Positions 1 through 11,535 of a DNA stretch of 64,000 nt are shown piece by piece (the first letter of the stretch is position 1; every line of letters begins with the position of its first letter). Origin of the DNA: Octopus bimaculoides (Eukaryota). The notes under the pieces were generated by a model. That model had not been told where the DNA came from. It saw nothing but the letters and a program-made list of their open reading frames with translations, and made no database searches. A program made the translations under genes and the position numbers. Location: the NCBI RefSeq assembly GCF_001194135.2, contig NC_069000.1:34684442-34748441 (forward strand), in the 5' to 3' direction.

Positions 1-44
<44 letters not shown>
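1..44. repeat. (TA)n microsatellite
   Basis: Seen directly; the window starts inside the tract. Confidence 0.98.
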
Positions 45-47
<3 letters not shown>

Positions 48-210
48 CAGTAAGTCATAAATCTGACGGAGAAACACACACAAGTTATGGAGCAGAAGAG
101 TAATTAGATAAAGATAATTATGGCCGGTGTATGGGGTTACCCAGAGTTTCATGTCTATAAAAGTGCTTAGCTTTACAGTGTTTCTTCAGACCCTAATGGC
201 TGGTGGTCCA
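45..210 (-). mobile_element. Short unclassified element with a hammerhead-like motif, ending in (TA)n; possibly Penelope-like pLTR-derived
   Basis: The minus strand reads GGGT-CTGAAGA-(32 nt)-GAAA-CTCTGGG-TA-ACCC (193->134), then about 90 nt of unique sequence, then the (TA)n. The family assignment is inference. Confidence 0.4.
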
Positions 211-409
211 TGTGTGTGTGTGTGTCATGTTGTTGCCTATGACTTATATTACTGGTATCCAAAAGGAAACAGATACACACACATAGCCTTTTTTTTTTTT
301 ATTTCCTTTTTATCCTTTTCCCTTTCTGGCAATGGTGTTGATGGTGGTGGTGGCGGTGGTAGCCTTTTCAACGCCACCACTACCACCACCACCACCACTG
401 GCTCAATAC

Positions 410-740
410 CTGTTTTCTCTTCCTTTTCTCTTTTCTCCCTCCTGTTCCTACACCCTTTCTTTCTCAGGTTATCTTTTCTGTTAGAAATTCATCTTCCTCA
501 TTTCTTTTCCTCTCTCTTTTGCTTCCCCTCTTTCTCTTTTCCACCCCTCTCTCTCTTTTCCACCCCTCTCTCTCTTTTTCTTTTCTCTCTCTATCTCTCT
601 TTTCGTCCTCTCTCCTATCTTTCTCTTCCTTTCCTTCTCTCTATCTCTCTCTCTTTTCCATCTCTCTATCTTTGCCTTCTCTTCTCTCTAAATGTCTGTC
701 TCTTGCTCTTTCTCTCTTCTCCTTCCTTCCCCCCTCTCTT
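410..740. repeat. CT-rich polypyrimidine low-complexity tract
   Basis: Degenerate (CT)n/(CTTT)n seen directly; explains ORFs 127..780 and 519..764. Confidence 0.9.
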
Positions 741-1587
741 TTCAACATACAGACAGACAGGTAGTCTGTCAGATAGATAACACCTTAACTATATTTGGCT
801 TCCTAAGAACTGATCATCATTCCAATTCTATATAACAGATAGTTACAGATGCTGTTGCTGTTGGCAACAGCCACTCTTTCTTATCATCACCTTGCTTTCA
901 TCCAACCCACCACTCTTCTTCCCTCTAGCTTTCTCATACCCTGATCCTCCACCCCACCCCCCATTCTGTTTGCTTTTGCAACCCCTTCAATAATCTGTGA
1001 CCTTACCCCCACCACCCTAGTTCGTTTCTAATTCTCCTCTGCCACCAACCCAACACTACTACACACCACAACAGCATCGCCACTACACACCACAACAGCA
1101 TTGCCACTACACCCCCCATCGCCACAATAACAAGTGCCCCTGCTACTACTACCACCTTGACAACAGCATACAACACCACCAACCACTACAACCCGCCACA
1201 ACCATCACCATCGCTATCATTACCACCACCACCACTAGAACCCATATCAGGATATTTGCCCCCTCCCCCATAGGACAACCCCTTCTCTGGACGACAATTA
1301 CCCCCATTGGTTAATTACCCCATCTCTAATATATTAAAAAGCTTAAAATCATCTGTTGTCCTCAGGGGTAATTGTCCTTGGAGGGGAGTAATTGTCCATG
1401 GGGAGTAAATGTCCCAGACTCCTACAACCACTACAATCACCACTACTACTGCCTCCACTACAATCACCACTACCACCACCATCGCTACCATCATCATCAC
1501 CACAACAATCACCACCACTACAACCACTACTCCTACCACTGCAACACACCACCGCAACAACTATCACCCACACTTATAGCATCACTG

Positions 1588-1700
1588 CAATAACCACCAC
1601 CACTACAACAATAACCACCACCACTACAACAATAACCACCACCACTACAACAATAACCACCACCACTACAACAATAACCACCACCACTACAACAATAACC
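1588..1700. repeat. 21-bp tandem repeat, about 5 copies, within an ACC/ACT-rich region (1040-1700)
   Basis: Unit CAATAACCACCACCACTACAA, repeated perfectly. Confidence 0.9.
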
Positions 1701-1928
1701 AATCTTCTGAACAACACATAATTCACACATCTTACATAAACATCCTACATGTGCAACATACACATGCACCATGCTTCACTACAGATGCACACACAGATAC
1801 ACACGTACATATATACATGTATTGCCACAACTGACTGCGCTGTGACTAATTCCATTTACTTGAACTTGCTGCAACAATCTGTCATGCCAAGCATTCAAGA
1901 TTTTGAAGATCATCATCATCATTGTCAT

Positions 1929-2504
1929 CTAACCCTTTAGCATTTAAACTGGCCATATCCAGCCCAGATATGCTGCCTGTTTTAAGTTCAAACTGGCCTG
2001 ATGTAACCTCTCATACCTACCCTACAATGTCATTCTAAAAATAGACAATAACATCAAAATCTTACAGCTATGAGACATTACATGATTAATTCAAAATGAT
2101 ATGAATGAATAAGCTTTACCAGTGGTTAGGGCAGCGGACTCGCGGTCATAGGATTGTGGTTTCGATTCCCAGACCGGGCGTTGTGAATGTTTATTGAGCG
2201 AAAACACCTAAAGCTCCATGAGGCTCCGGCAGGGGATGGTGGCGAACCCTGCTGTACTCTTCCACCACAACTTTCTCTCACTCTTTCTCCCTGTTTCTGT
2301 TGTACCTGTATTTCAAAGGGCCAGCCTTGTCACACTGTGTCACGCTGAATATCCCCGAGAACTACATTAAGGGTACATGTGTCTGTGGATTGCTCAGCCA
2401 CTTGCACGTTAATTTCACGAGTTGGCTGTTCCGTTGATCGGAACCCTCGACGTCGTAAGCGACGGAGTGCCAACAACAACAATAGTTGAACACTAAAAGG
2501 TTAA
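1929..2504 (+). mobile_element. TTAA-type (piggyBac-like) MITE interrupted by SINE-D
   Basis: Ends CTAACCCTTTAGCATTT ... CACTAAAAGGTTAA; the body matches copies at 7272-7421 and 40346-40585. Confidence 0.65.
2119..2482 (+). mobile_element. tRNA-derived SINE, family D
   Basis: A/B-box-like head (CAGTGGTTAG...GGTTTCGATTCCC) and a (CAA)n tail; near-identical inverted copy at 28142-28509. Confidence 0.85.
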
Positions 2505-2804
2505 TGTCCATTTTCTATGCTGGCGTTGGCTGGACGGTTTGACAGGGACTGGCCAGCTGAAGAGCTGCCCGGGCTCCCTATCTGTTTTGGCCTTGTTTCT
2601 ATAGTTGGATGCCCTCCTTAATGCCAACCATTTTACAGAGTGTACTGGGTGCTTACACAGCACTGGCATGGTTGCCTTTTACATGTAACCAGCATGTGTG
2701 CTTTATACATGGTACCAGTATCCAGAAGCCCACAAGATTAGGAATGCTCAGCTGAAGAGGGACGCAGGGGACATGCCTGTATGCAAGAATGGCCATATCC
2801 CTGT

Positions 2805-3172
2805 GGGGCACCTCCACACTACCATAGTAATGTAAGGACCTACTTTGATAAGATTTTGTTGAACAGGTGGTTTGGATGAAGAGGTTCAGTAGAATACCCT
2901 AACATCCGCTTTCCATGCTAGCATGGAAAGCAGACGTTAAATGATGATGATGATGATTTATCAGACCTCACACACCACTTGACATTTTTATGGGGATCCT
3001 TGAGAGATGAAGTTTGCCATACAAAAATCAACAAAAGTTGATGGAACTGAGGGCAGACATTGAACAGCAATGCACACCGATATTGAATGAGGTGTTTCTT
3101 GATGTTTGCTACTCTGTCAACTCATGTTATCAGCAGTATCTGGAAACAGAACAGTCATCATTTTGAAAACAG
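2805..3172 (+). pseudogene. Tc1/mariner transposase C-terminal relic, interrupted at 2901-2957 by a SINE-C tail
   Basis: Manual translation: GAPPHYHSNVRTYFDKILLNRWFG*RGSVEYP, insertion, SDLT..FLWG, MELRADIEQQCTPILNEVFLDVCYSVNSCYQQYL..NSHHFEN. Resembles the DGAPPH / SPDLTPxDFFLWG / GxHFE motifs of Tc1/mariner transposases; contains a stop and frameshifts. Confidence 0.75.
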
Positions 3173-3176
3173 TTCT

Positions 3177-3583
3177 CTTTTACTCTTTTACTTGTTTCAG
3201 TCATCTAACTGCGGCCATGCTGGAGCACCGCCTTTTTAGTCGAGCTAATCGACCCCAGGATTTATTCTTTGGAAGCCCAGTACTTATTCTATCAGTCTCT
3301 TTTGCCGAACCGCTAAGTTACAGGGACCTAAACGCACCAGCATCGGTTGTCAAGCGATGTTGGGAGGACAAACACAGACACACAAACATATACAACCACA
3401 TAAATATATACACATATATACGACAGGCTTCTTTCAGTTTCTGTCTACCAAATCCACTCACAAGGCTTTGGTCGACCTGAGGCTATAGTAGAAGACATTT
3501 GCCCAAGGTGCCACGCAGTGGGAATGAACCCGGAACCATGTGTTTGGTAAGCAAGCTACTTACCACACAGCCACTCCTGCGCC
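3177..3583 (-). mobile_element. SINE family A, full length
   Basis: Head GGCGCAGGAGTGGCTGTGTGG, CORE-like GCACCTTGGGCAA motif, internal TA/TG microsatellite, (TAAAAGAG)n tail; more than 25 copies or fragments in the window. Confidence 0.9.
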
Positions 3584-4633
3584 TATGATGTTCATGACAG
3601 AATTCAATTCAGTCTGTAGATTCTATTAAATTTGGAAAATGAAGTGTATTTTGATAAAACAAACTTTATAATCATTCTATATGTATACACATTTTTGGGA
3701 CAACCTGTATGTGTGTGTGTATGTCTATACACACATATCATTAAGCTAATTAGCCTGCTTTTGCTCCACCTGCTAGCAGTAGAAACCAAATTTTTCTCAA
3801 ATCACATTGTACCAATTAAAAAAAACACACACACGCAATTTGGACAGTGTAGTTTGGGTTAACTGCATAAAAGACAAGCATGTGTGCATGCATGCACGCA
3901 CACAGAATGTTGATAAACTTCCTAGACAATATTTAGTTAGTTTCACCCTTCTCCCCACCCCCGTTCCTTCTCTCTGTATTTATAATTATACTTTTCCTTC
4001 CACTTCTCCCTCCATCACCTCCACCAGTACCACTACCATTTTTCATCACCCCCTTCACTTTCACCAGCCACCTCCATTGCCACCCTTCTACCATTACCAT
4101 CACTGTAACCATCAACATCATCACACAATCATCACCACCATCACCACCACCACCACCACCAAAGATAGAATAACATAACCAGTTAGACATGATACTTTCA
4201 ATTATACAGCTGTTTCGAAGCTATTCTATCCTCTCTCTGCCATCTGCCTCCCTCCTTTGCTCTGTCTGCTAGAAATAGCAACCATACTTTCTTCACATCG
4301 CAAATTTACTGGTTTAACAATGGAGCAACACATAGATTACAGGTAAGTTCTCTGCCATCGATTCACCATGAAGAAAGTTCACCATAAGGAAAATTTGCTT
4401 AGAAAATATATCCATAGTGTCTCACCATTGATAGTTAAAAACAATTTTATTGGGAAAAAAAAACAAAAAAAAACGGGGAATTGATGACAGTGAACTTACT
4501 GGACATGCAACACATTGGCTAATGTAGTCCAAGATACACTATGCTAGAAAATTGAAAGAAAAAAAGAAAAATGCTCATATTCATACATACATACATCCAT
4601 ATACACACACACATACACACAAACATGGGCATG

Positions 4634-4659
<26 letters not shown>

Positions 4660-4664
<5 letters not shown>

Positions 4665-4873
4665 ATGCCAGTACCGCCTGACTGGCCCTTGTGCTGGTGA
4701 CACATAAAAGCACCCACTACACTCTCAGAGTGGTTGGCGTTAGGAATGGCGTCCGGCTGTAGAAACTTTGTCAGATCAGATTGGAGCCTGGTGCAGCCTT
4801 CTGGTTCGTTGCAGCCCTCAGTGAAACTGTCCAACCCATAGCAGCATGGAAAGTGGGCGTTAAACGATGACGA
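4660..4873 (+). mobile_element. SINE family C (AGGAAGGGCATCC-type motif, (GAT)n tail)
   Basis: Matches copies at 10300-10665, 36395-36540 and 63865-64000. Confidence 0.85.
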
Positions 4874-4875
4874 TA

Positions 4876-4915
<40 letters not shown>

Positions 4916-5965
4916 NNNNNNNNNNNNNNNNNNNNNNNNNNNNNNNNNNNNNNNNNNNNNNNNNNNNNNNNNNNNNNNNNNNNNNNNNNNNNNNNNNNNN
5001 NNNNNNNNNNNNNNNNNNNNNNNNNNNNNNNNNNNNNNNNNNNNNNNNNNNNNNNNNNNNNNNNNNNNNNNNNNNNNNNNNNNNNNNNNNNNNNNNNNNN
5101 NNNNNNNNNNNNNNNNNNNNNNNNNNNNNNNNNNNNNNNNNNNNNNNNNNNNNNNNNNNNNNNNNNNNNNNNNNNNNNNNNNNNNNNNNNNNNNNNNNNN
5201 NNNNNNNNNNNNNNNNNNNNNNNNNNNNNNNNNNNNNNNNNNNNNNNNNNNNNNNNNNNNNNNNNNNNNNNNNNNNNNNNNNNNNNNNNNNNNNNNNNNN
5301 NNNNNNNNNNNNNNNNNNNNNNNNNNNNNNNNNNNNNNNNNNNNNNNNNNNNNNNNNNNNNNNNNNNNNNNNNNNNNNNNNNNNNNNNNNNNNNNNNNNN
5401 NNNNNNNNNNNNNNNNNNNNNNNNNNNNNNNNNNNNNNNNNNNNNNNNNNNNNNNNNNNNNNNNNNNNNNNNNNNNNNNNNNNNNNNNNNNNNNNNNNNN
5501 NNNNNNNNNNNNNNNNNNNNNNNNNNNNNNNNNNNNNNNNNNNNNNNNNNNNNNNNNNNNNNNNNNNNNNNNNNNNNNNNNNNNNNNNNNNNNNNNNNNN
5601 NNNNNNNNNNNNNNNNNNNNNNNNNNNNNNNNNNNNNNNNNNNNNNNNNNNNNNNNNNNNNNNNNNNNNNNNNNNNNNNNNNNNNNNNNNNNNNNNNNNN
5701 NNNNNNNNNNNNNNNNNNNNNNNNNNNNNNNNNNNNNNNNNNNNNNNNNNNNNNNNNNNNNNNNNNNNNNNNNNNNNNNNNNNNNNNNNNNNNNNNNNNN
5801 NNNNNNNNNNNNNNNNNNNNNNNNNNNNNNNNNNNNNNNNNNNNNNNNNNNNNNNNNNNNNNNNNNNNNNNNNNNNNNNNCAACAGTGACATGTTGCCAG
5901 ATGTAAAAAGAGATGTAACGTGACAAGGAGTAGCGTCCATCAGCAAAAAAAACAAAAACACCACC

Positions 5966-6014
<49 letters not shown>

Positions 6015-6347
6015 TTACTACTGCTTCTGCTACTGCTGCTACTACTATTATAACGATTGCAGCTGGCAAGGTGTACATTTAACTAATGGAATAGCATATT
6101 TTGACTTGAAGGCAGTAGGGGTTACCATTGCTGAAAGTCTCACTTGTTCCCCCCCCCCCGTTCGTGACATTTTTTTTATAGGTGACACCTGACAGTGCAA
6201 CAGTGCCAGAATCAAAGCAGTCAATTTAGTATTGCTGTTGTTGCTGTTGGTAAGGGGTGTTGTATTGTAATTGGCAGACTTGTGGCTTGTACCATATTCA
6301 GTCTGAACAACTAAGTGCAATTTACAAGGTGCAATATTGGTCTAGAC

Positions 6348-6425
6348 CAGGGATTTTCAACCTTTTTTTTTTTTATCTGTGCGCCCCTTTCATTACTATT
6401 TCATTTTGGTGGAGCCCCCATAGCC
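6348..6425 (+). mobile_element. hAT-type MITE end fragment
   Basis: Starts CAGGGATTTTCAACC; homologous inverted fragment at 27178-27251. CAGGG/CAGTG termini are typical of hAT elements. Confidence 0.5.
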
Positions 6426-6434
6426 TTTCAGTGT

Positions 6435-6505
6435 TTAACCCTTTAGCATTCAGATTACTCAGTCTAATGTAATGCTAATTTATTCACATTGTTTTGAATT
6501 AATCA
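6435..6505 (-). mobile_element. TTAA-type MITE terminal fragment
   Basis: TTAACCCTTTAGCATTCAGATTACTC is the reverse complement of the MITE end at 7345-7421. Confidence 0.7.
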
Positions 6506-6651
6506 GGCCTTACCTTACACATGTCTGTGGAGGAACTCTTATCATCATAACCAACAAAGTGCCAGTTTATATATATATAAACTGGTGCACCACTTCACGG
6601 TGGTGCACCAGCATGACCGCAGCCACTTGGCTGAAACACATAAATAAATAA

Positions 6652-6688
<37 letters not shown>

Positions 6689-6695
6689 TATATAC

Positions 6696-7013
6696 TCTTA
6701 CTCTTTTACTTGTTTCAGTCATTTGACTGCGACCATGCTGGAGCACCGCCTTTAGTCGAATCAAATCGACCCCAGGACTTATTCTTTGTAAGCCTAGTAC
6801 TTATTCTATCGTTCTCTTGCCGAACCGCTAAGTTACGGGGACCTAAACACACCAGCATCGGTTGTTAAGCGATGTTGGGGGGACAAACACAGACACACAA
6901 ACATATACACACACACACACATATATACGACGGGCTTCTTTCAGTTTCTGTCTACCAAAACCACTCACAAGGCTTTGGTCGGCCCTAGGCTATAGTAGAA
7001 GACACTTGCCTAG
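6696..7013 (-). mobile_element. SINE family A, cut by a gap
   Basis: Near-identical to the 3177-3583 copy. Confidence 0.9.
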
Positions 7014-7271
7014 NNNNNNNNNNNNNNNNNNNNNNNNNNNNNNNNNNNNNNNNNNNNNNNNNNNNNNNNNNNNNNNNNNNNNNNNNNNNNNNNNNNNNNN
7101 NNNNNNNNNNNNNNNNNNNNNNNNNNNNNNNNNNNNNNNNNNNNNNNNNNNNNNNNNNNNNNNNNNNNNNNNNNNNNNNNNNNNNNNNNNNNNNNNNNNN
7201 NNNNNNNNNNNNNNNNNNNNNNNNNNNNNNNTATATATATATATATATATATTTACAGATGAAAGAAGCTG

Positions 7272-7421
7272 GGTCTGACCTCTCACACCTACCCTACAAT
7301 ATTGTTCTAAAAATTAACTATCACATCAAAATTTCAAAGCTATGAGATAATGCATGATTAATTCAAAACAATGTGAATAAATCTTACATTTGCCAGAGTA
7401 ATCTGAATGCTTAAAGGTTAA
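7272..7421 (+). mobile_element. TTAA-type MITE, right part
   Basis: Ends GAGTAATCTGAATGCTTAAAGGTTAA; body shared with 1929-2117 and 40346-40585. Confidence 0.7.
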
Positions 7422-7963
7422 GCGTGTTATATTGATGGCATGTCTGCATTTGATTTAAGTCTTTATTTTATTGGTATACATAATTCACACACACACACAC
7501 TAATTAATATAAGCGTATATGTATGTGATATAGAACAGGAGTGACCAAAAGCTTCTGTTCTTCCCACCAACACCACTTTGTGCTAATGTTTGGTTAATTG
7601 AAATGTTAAATCATGTGACACTGAGAAAAAGGAAGCAAATTTTATTTTCCTATTTCTATAAATATCACAATGTGTGTGTTTATGTATGTGTGTCTCTGTG
7701 TGCGGCAGAGTCACTGTGAAAGACTTTCTAGATTGTCACTGCAGCTGAGACGGGTTTTTCACAAAGGCAGATAATGTAAAGCGGTGATTGTTTTGTTGAA
7801 AGAAACTAACTGTAGGATATCATCATCATCATCATCATCGTCATTATTAACAATAATAATAGTGACAGAGAGAAAGACCAGCCAATCAGCGGAATGGCTT
7901 GCAATTTACCATGTGCACACGACAGCAACAATAACAACAAAAGTTACTACTACTACTACTCTC

Positions 7964-8484
7964 TGATGCAGTACCATGCAGTGGCTCTCATGACGTCAGA
8001 TTGTAACTAATCGGCAGTGTTTTCTTTATATGTTTTGTCTTGGTATAAAAGATAGGCCACAGGAAATATTCTGCTCTATACCACAGATTTGCTTAACCAC
8101 TTAAGCATGTCTCTTAGTGGCTGATGATATGTGCATCTCTGATCATGAGTAGAAGTAGTGGGGAGCATCATAGCCATGTGTTGAGAGGAATTCTTTGGGG
8201 TTTGGATAATTCATCTCTGGAAACATGGGTGTTTTGTTCATCATCCTTAAACAACCCTTATTCAAAGACCTTTTGAGCAGGATGGGCTACTTGACCTAAA
8301 GAAAATTCTAACTGGGCCCCACCTGCAATGTCATGTGCTGTTTAACATAATATCAGGTCATCATGTCACACACATAAGGTAGTGAAGTATGTGCCTGGTG
8401 CACCCTTATCAGACAGGTGGTCATGATGGGTATATTGGGCTTCATATATTCATACACCAGTGCCACTTTGATGGTGTGCATTGC
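7964..8484 (+). mobile_element. Non-autonomous retroelement-like repeat, family F (about 550 bp, (AAT)n tail)
   Basis: Reverse-complement homolog of 43291-43845 and 43879-44367. Confidence 0.8.
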
Positions 8485-8519
8485 GAAAAATAATAATGAT
8501 GGTGATGGTAATCATAATA

Positions 8520-8712
8520 ATCCATTCTACAAGGCCTGAAATTGTGGGGGAGAGATCGACTTCAGTGTTTCACTGGTAGTTCTTTTATTGATCCCAAAAG
8601 GATGAGAAGGTAGAATCTACCTCAGTAGAATTTGAATTTAGAATGTATAGAGTCAGATGAAATACCACTAAGCATTTCGCCTGGTGTTCTATTGATTCTG
8701 CCAGTTTGCCAC
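8520..8712 (-). mobile_element. SINE family B, degenerate
   Basis: Homologous to 24167-24399; central GTCGACTTTGCCTTTCATCC domain (Nin/Deu-domain-like from memory). Confidence 0.75.
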
Positions 8713-9342
8713 CTTGATAATACCAGCACCACTACTACCACAACCACTGCCTCCACCACTACTATTACTACTTCTACTACAATCACAACCACCGCCACCA
8801 GCACCCCTACTACTACCACCACCACTATCATACCTACTACTACTACTATTACCACCACCACCACCACTGCTGCTGTCACTACTACCACTGCCACCATCAC
8901 CACCACCACTGCTTCTAACATAGCTGCAACAGCTGCTGCTACTGCTACAACTACCACCACTACTGCTTTCTCATCATTAAAACACACACACAAACATATT
9001 CACACACATTCATGTATACATGCACAAATACAAACACTCCCAGAACTGTCTTTCTCCTCAATCTGAAAAGTCACGTGGGAAACAAGAAGGACGATTATAT
9101 TATATATAAATATATATATATATTGAGACTGGCTATCTCAGCAAATGGACATATGAAGAGCTAAATGAAAACAATAGAAGCAGCATGCAATATCTTCCTA
9201 CTGTTAACCACTTAGGATTGCCTCCACTCCACACTCCTCCTTATCAAATCTTGATATAGTTACTTTTGTTTTTACTCTATGGCTACTCCCAGTATCATTT
9301 TATGAGGACTGGGAGTATAAAAAGAAAACTACAATGCATATC

Positions 9343-9495
9343 AGTTCAGCAAAGTAGTCCCATTCTGAAGCCACACACTTTATCCAGCATCGGTTCCATT
9401 GATGGAAGCATTCTCGCAACTCCTCTGGTTTGGGATAACGAGCAGCTGCCTCATTGCATTCTCTTGTATTTCCTTGATGCCTTGAAATCTTGTGG
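9343..9495 (-). pseudogene. Mariner transposase C-terminal relic
   Basis: Two frames give RFQGIKEIQENAMRQLLVIP and EELRECFHQWNRCWIKCVASEWDYF, matching the mariner C-terminal pattern (RFxxxEEIQ...CFxxWxxRWxKCVxxxGxYF). Confidence 0.75.
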
Positions 9496-10109
9496 GTATT
9501 CCACTGCAAAGAAAAAACAAAAACTGAGCCTCGATTTCAGGGTCATTTGCTTCCTCTTATGACTGTTTTCTAAAAGTTTTCATCTTTCTTGACGCAATCA
9601 AGGATATCCTGTGCTACTGAAACCTAATCTTTTTTGAGATGATCACATTATACACACTTTACTACCAAGCAATGCTTATAAACAATGGAAGTGAATGAGA
9701 ATATTATAACTTAGTGTGCATATGCATCAGAGTTGAAGGTCAATCTATGCCCTGCAGCTTCAATCTGCATACTACAGCTCTGTTACCATAATAATAGTCC
9801 TGATATTTTTTGATCAGACCCCATATATTATATACCAGCTGGCTAATTGTAATATTTTATATATAAATAAGGACAAAAGATAGAATATGGGAATATGGAT
9901 GATAATTCAAATTAATACATTTCTCAATGTTATCTAGTGGTTGTATTTTGAGATGTAACATCGATCATTGTTTGTTACTGAAAGAATCTTGGTTCACACA
10001 TACAAACATTCACATATTTCCCTTGTACATACACACATATTCACACAGAGTTGAAAGGCTGTTTGATTTTTTTTTTTCAGCGTTGAATGCTCACCATCCC
10101 ACTTCCATT

Positions 10110-10143
<34 letters not shown>

Positions 10144-10299
10144 CCCATTTACATATACTCGCTTTCTCCATAGAATTTCCATCATCCTTTCCTTCCTTCC
10201 TTCTTCATCTATCACCCCTTCCTTTCTCATTCATATGTTGTGACGGAGAAAAACACATGAGTATTATTACTGTAGATTATATTATATTCATCGTCATCA

Positions 10300-10665
10300 T
10301 CATCATCATTTAACATCCGCTTTCCATGCTAGCATGGGTTGGACGATTTGACTGGGGACTTGTGAACCAGATGGCTACACCAGACTCCAATCTGATCTGG
10401 CAGAGTTTCTGCAGCTGGGTGCCCTTCCTAACGCCAACTACTCTGAGAGTGTAGTGGGTGCTTTTTACGTGCCACTGGCACGAGGGCCAGTCCGGCGGTA
10501 CTGGCAACGGCTACGCTCAAATGTTTTTTACGTGCCACCTGCACAGGAGTCAGTCCAATGTTTTGTTCACACGCCACTGGCACAAGTGCCAGTAAGGCGA
10601 AGCTGGAAACGATCGCGCTCAAATGGTGCTTTTTATGTGCCACTGGCACGGGTGCCAGTCATCAA
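10300..10665 (-). mobile_element. SINE family C with an internal spaced-repeat region
   Basis: (CAT)n tail at 10290-10310; four TTTTACGTGCCACTGGCAC-like units at 10455-10660. Confidence 0.85.
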
Positions 10666-11139
10666 ATTTGGTTTTATATTATTCTTTTATTGTATTACTT
10701 GTCTTAGTCATTGGACTGCGGCCATACTGAGGTACTACCTTGAAGGGTTTTAGTTGAATAAAATTGACCCCCATCCTGCACTTCTTTTCATTTTTTTTAA
10801 AACCTGGTACTTATTCTATCAGTCTCTCTTGCTGAACTGCTAATATACAGAGATGTAAACAAACCAATATTGGTTATCAAGTTGTGGCAGAGGACAAATG
10901 CAAACTCAAGGACATACATAGATATATACATACATACATGCATACATACATGCATGCATATGTATGTACATACGAGCAAACTGAGTCCTCAACTTGTTCC
11001 AAAGGGTTTGCAAGGCACCAGCAGGCCTCAAGAGACACATTTGGTGTCCATAGAACATGATTTATTTTGCTTTACTTTACTGAACCCTCATTTGTCGTTC
11101 ACGACAAGAGAATGCATCATCATCATCATATTCGTTTAT

Positions 11140-11535
11140 CCTTTTACTTATTTCGGTCATTTGACTGGGGCCATGCTGGAGCACCACTTTTTAGTCGAAG
11201 AAATCGACCCCTGGACTTATTCTTTGTAAGCCTACTACTTATTCTATTGGTCTCTTTTGCCGAACTGCTAACCTATGGGAATGTAAACACACCAACATCA
11301 GTTGTCAAGCGATGTTTGTGGTGGGGTGGGACACAAACACAGACACAAAGACACACATACATATATATATGACGGGCTTCTTTCAGTTTCCTTCTACCAT
11401 ATTCACTCACAATGCTTTGGTTGGCCCAAGGCTATAGTTGACGATACTTGCCCAAGGTGCTGCGCAGTGGGACTGAATCTGGAACCAGGTGGTTGCGAAG
11501 CAAGCTTCTTATCACATTTATCACTCCAGCGCCTA
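11140..11535 (-). mobile_element. SINE family A
   Basis: Full head-to-tail match to the family. Confidence 0.88.

Noticed and set aside
127-1772. Low-complexity ORFs (poly-T, poly-H, poly-V, LSLS; mucin-like or TM-like)
   Set aside because: They are translations of CT, ACC and ACT repeats, are open in several frames and strands, and have no splice or domain support. The same applies to 8622-9066, 40081-40332 and 47381-48177.
2119-2190. tRNA genes at SINE heads (also 28440-28509, 38183-38250, 50803-50880)
   Set aside because: A/B-box-like motifs are present, but there is no complete cloverleaf and they continue into SINE bodies.
10230-10290. Second copy of the 45-210 element (shared TGACGGAGAAA..ACAC)
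   Set aside because: The match is only about 15 nt and no hammerhead portion is present.
10455-10660. CRISPR array
   Set aside because: Eukaryotic context, no cas genes, degenerate repeats, mutually homologous spacers, and embedded in a SINE.
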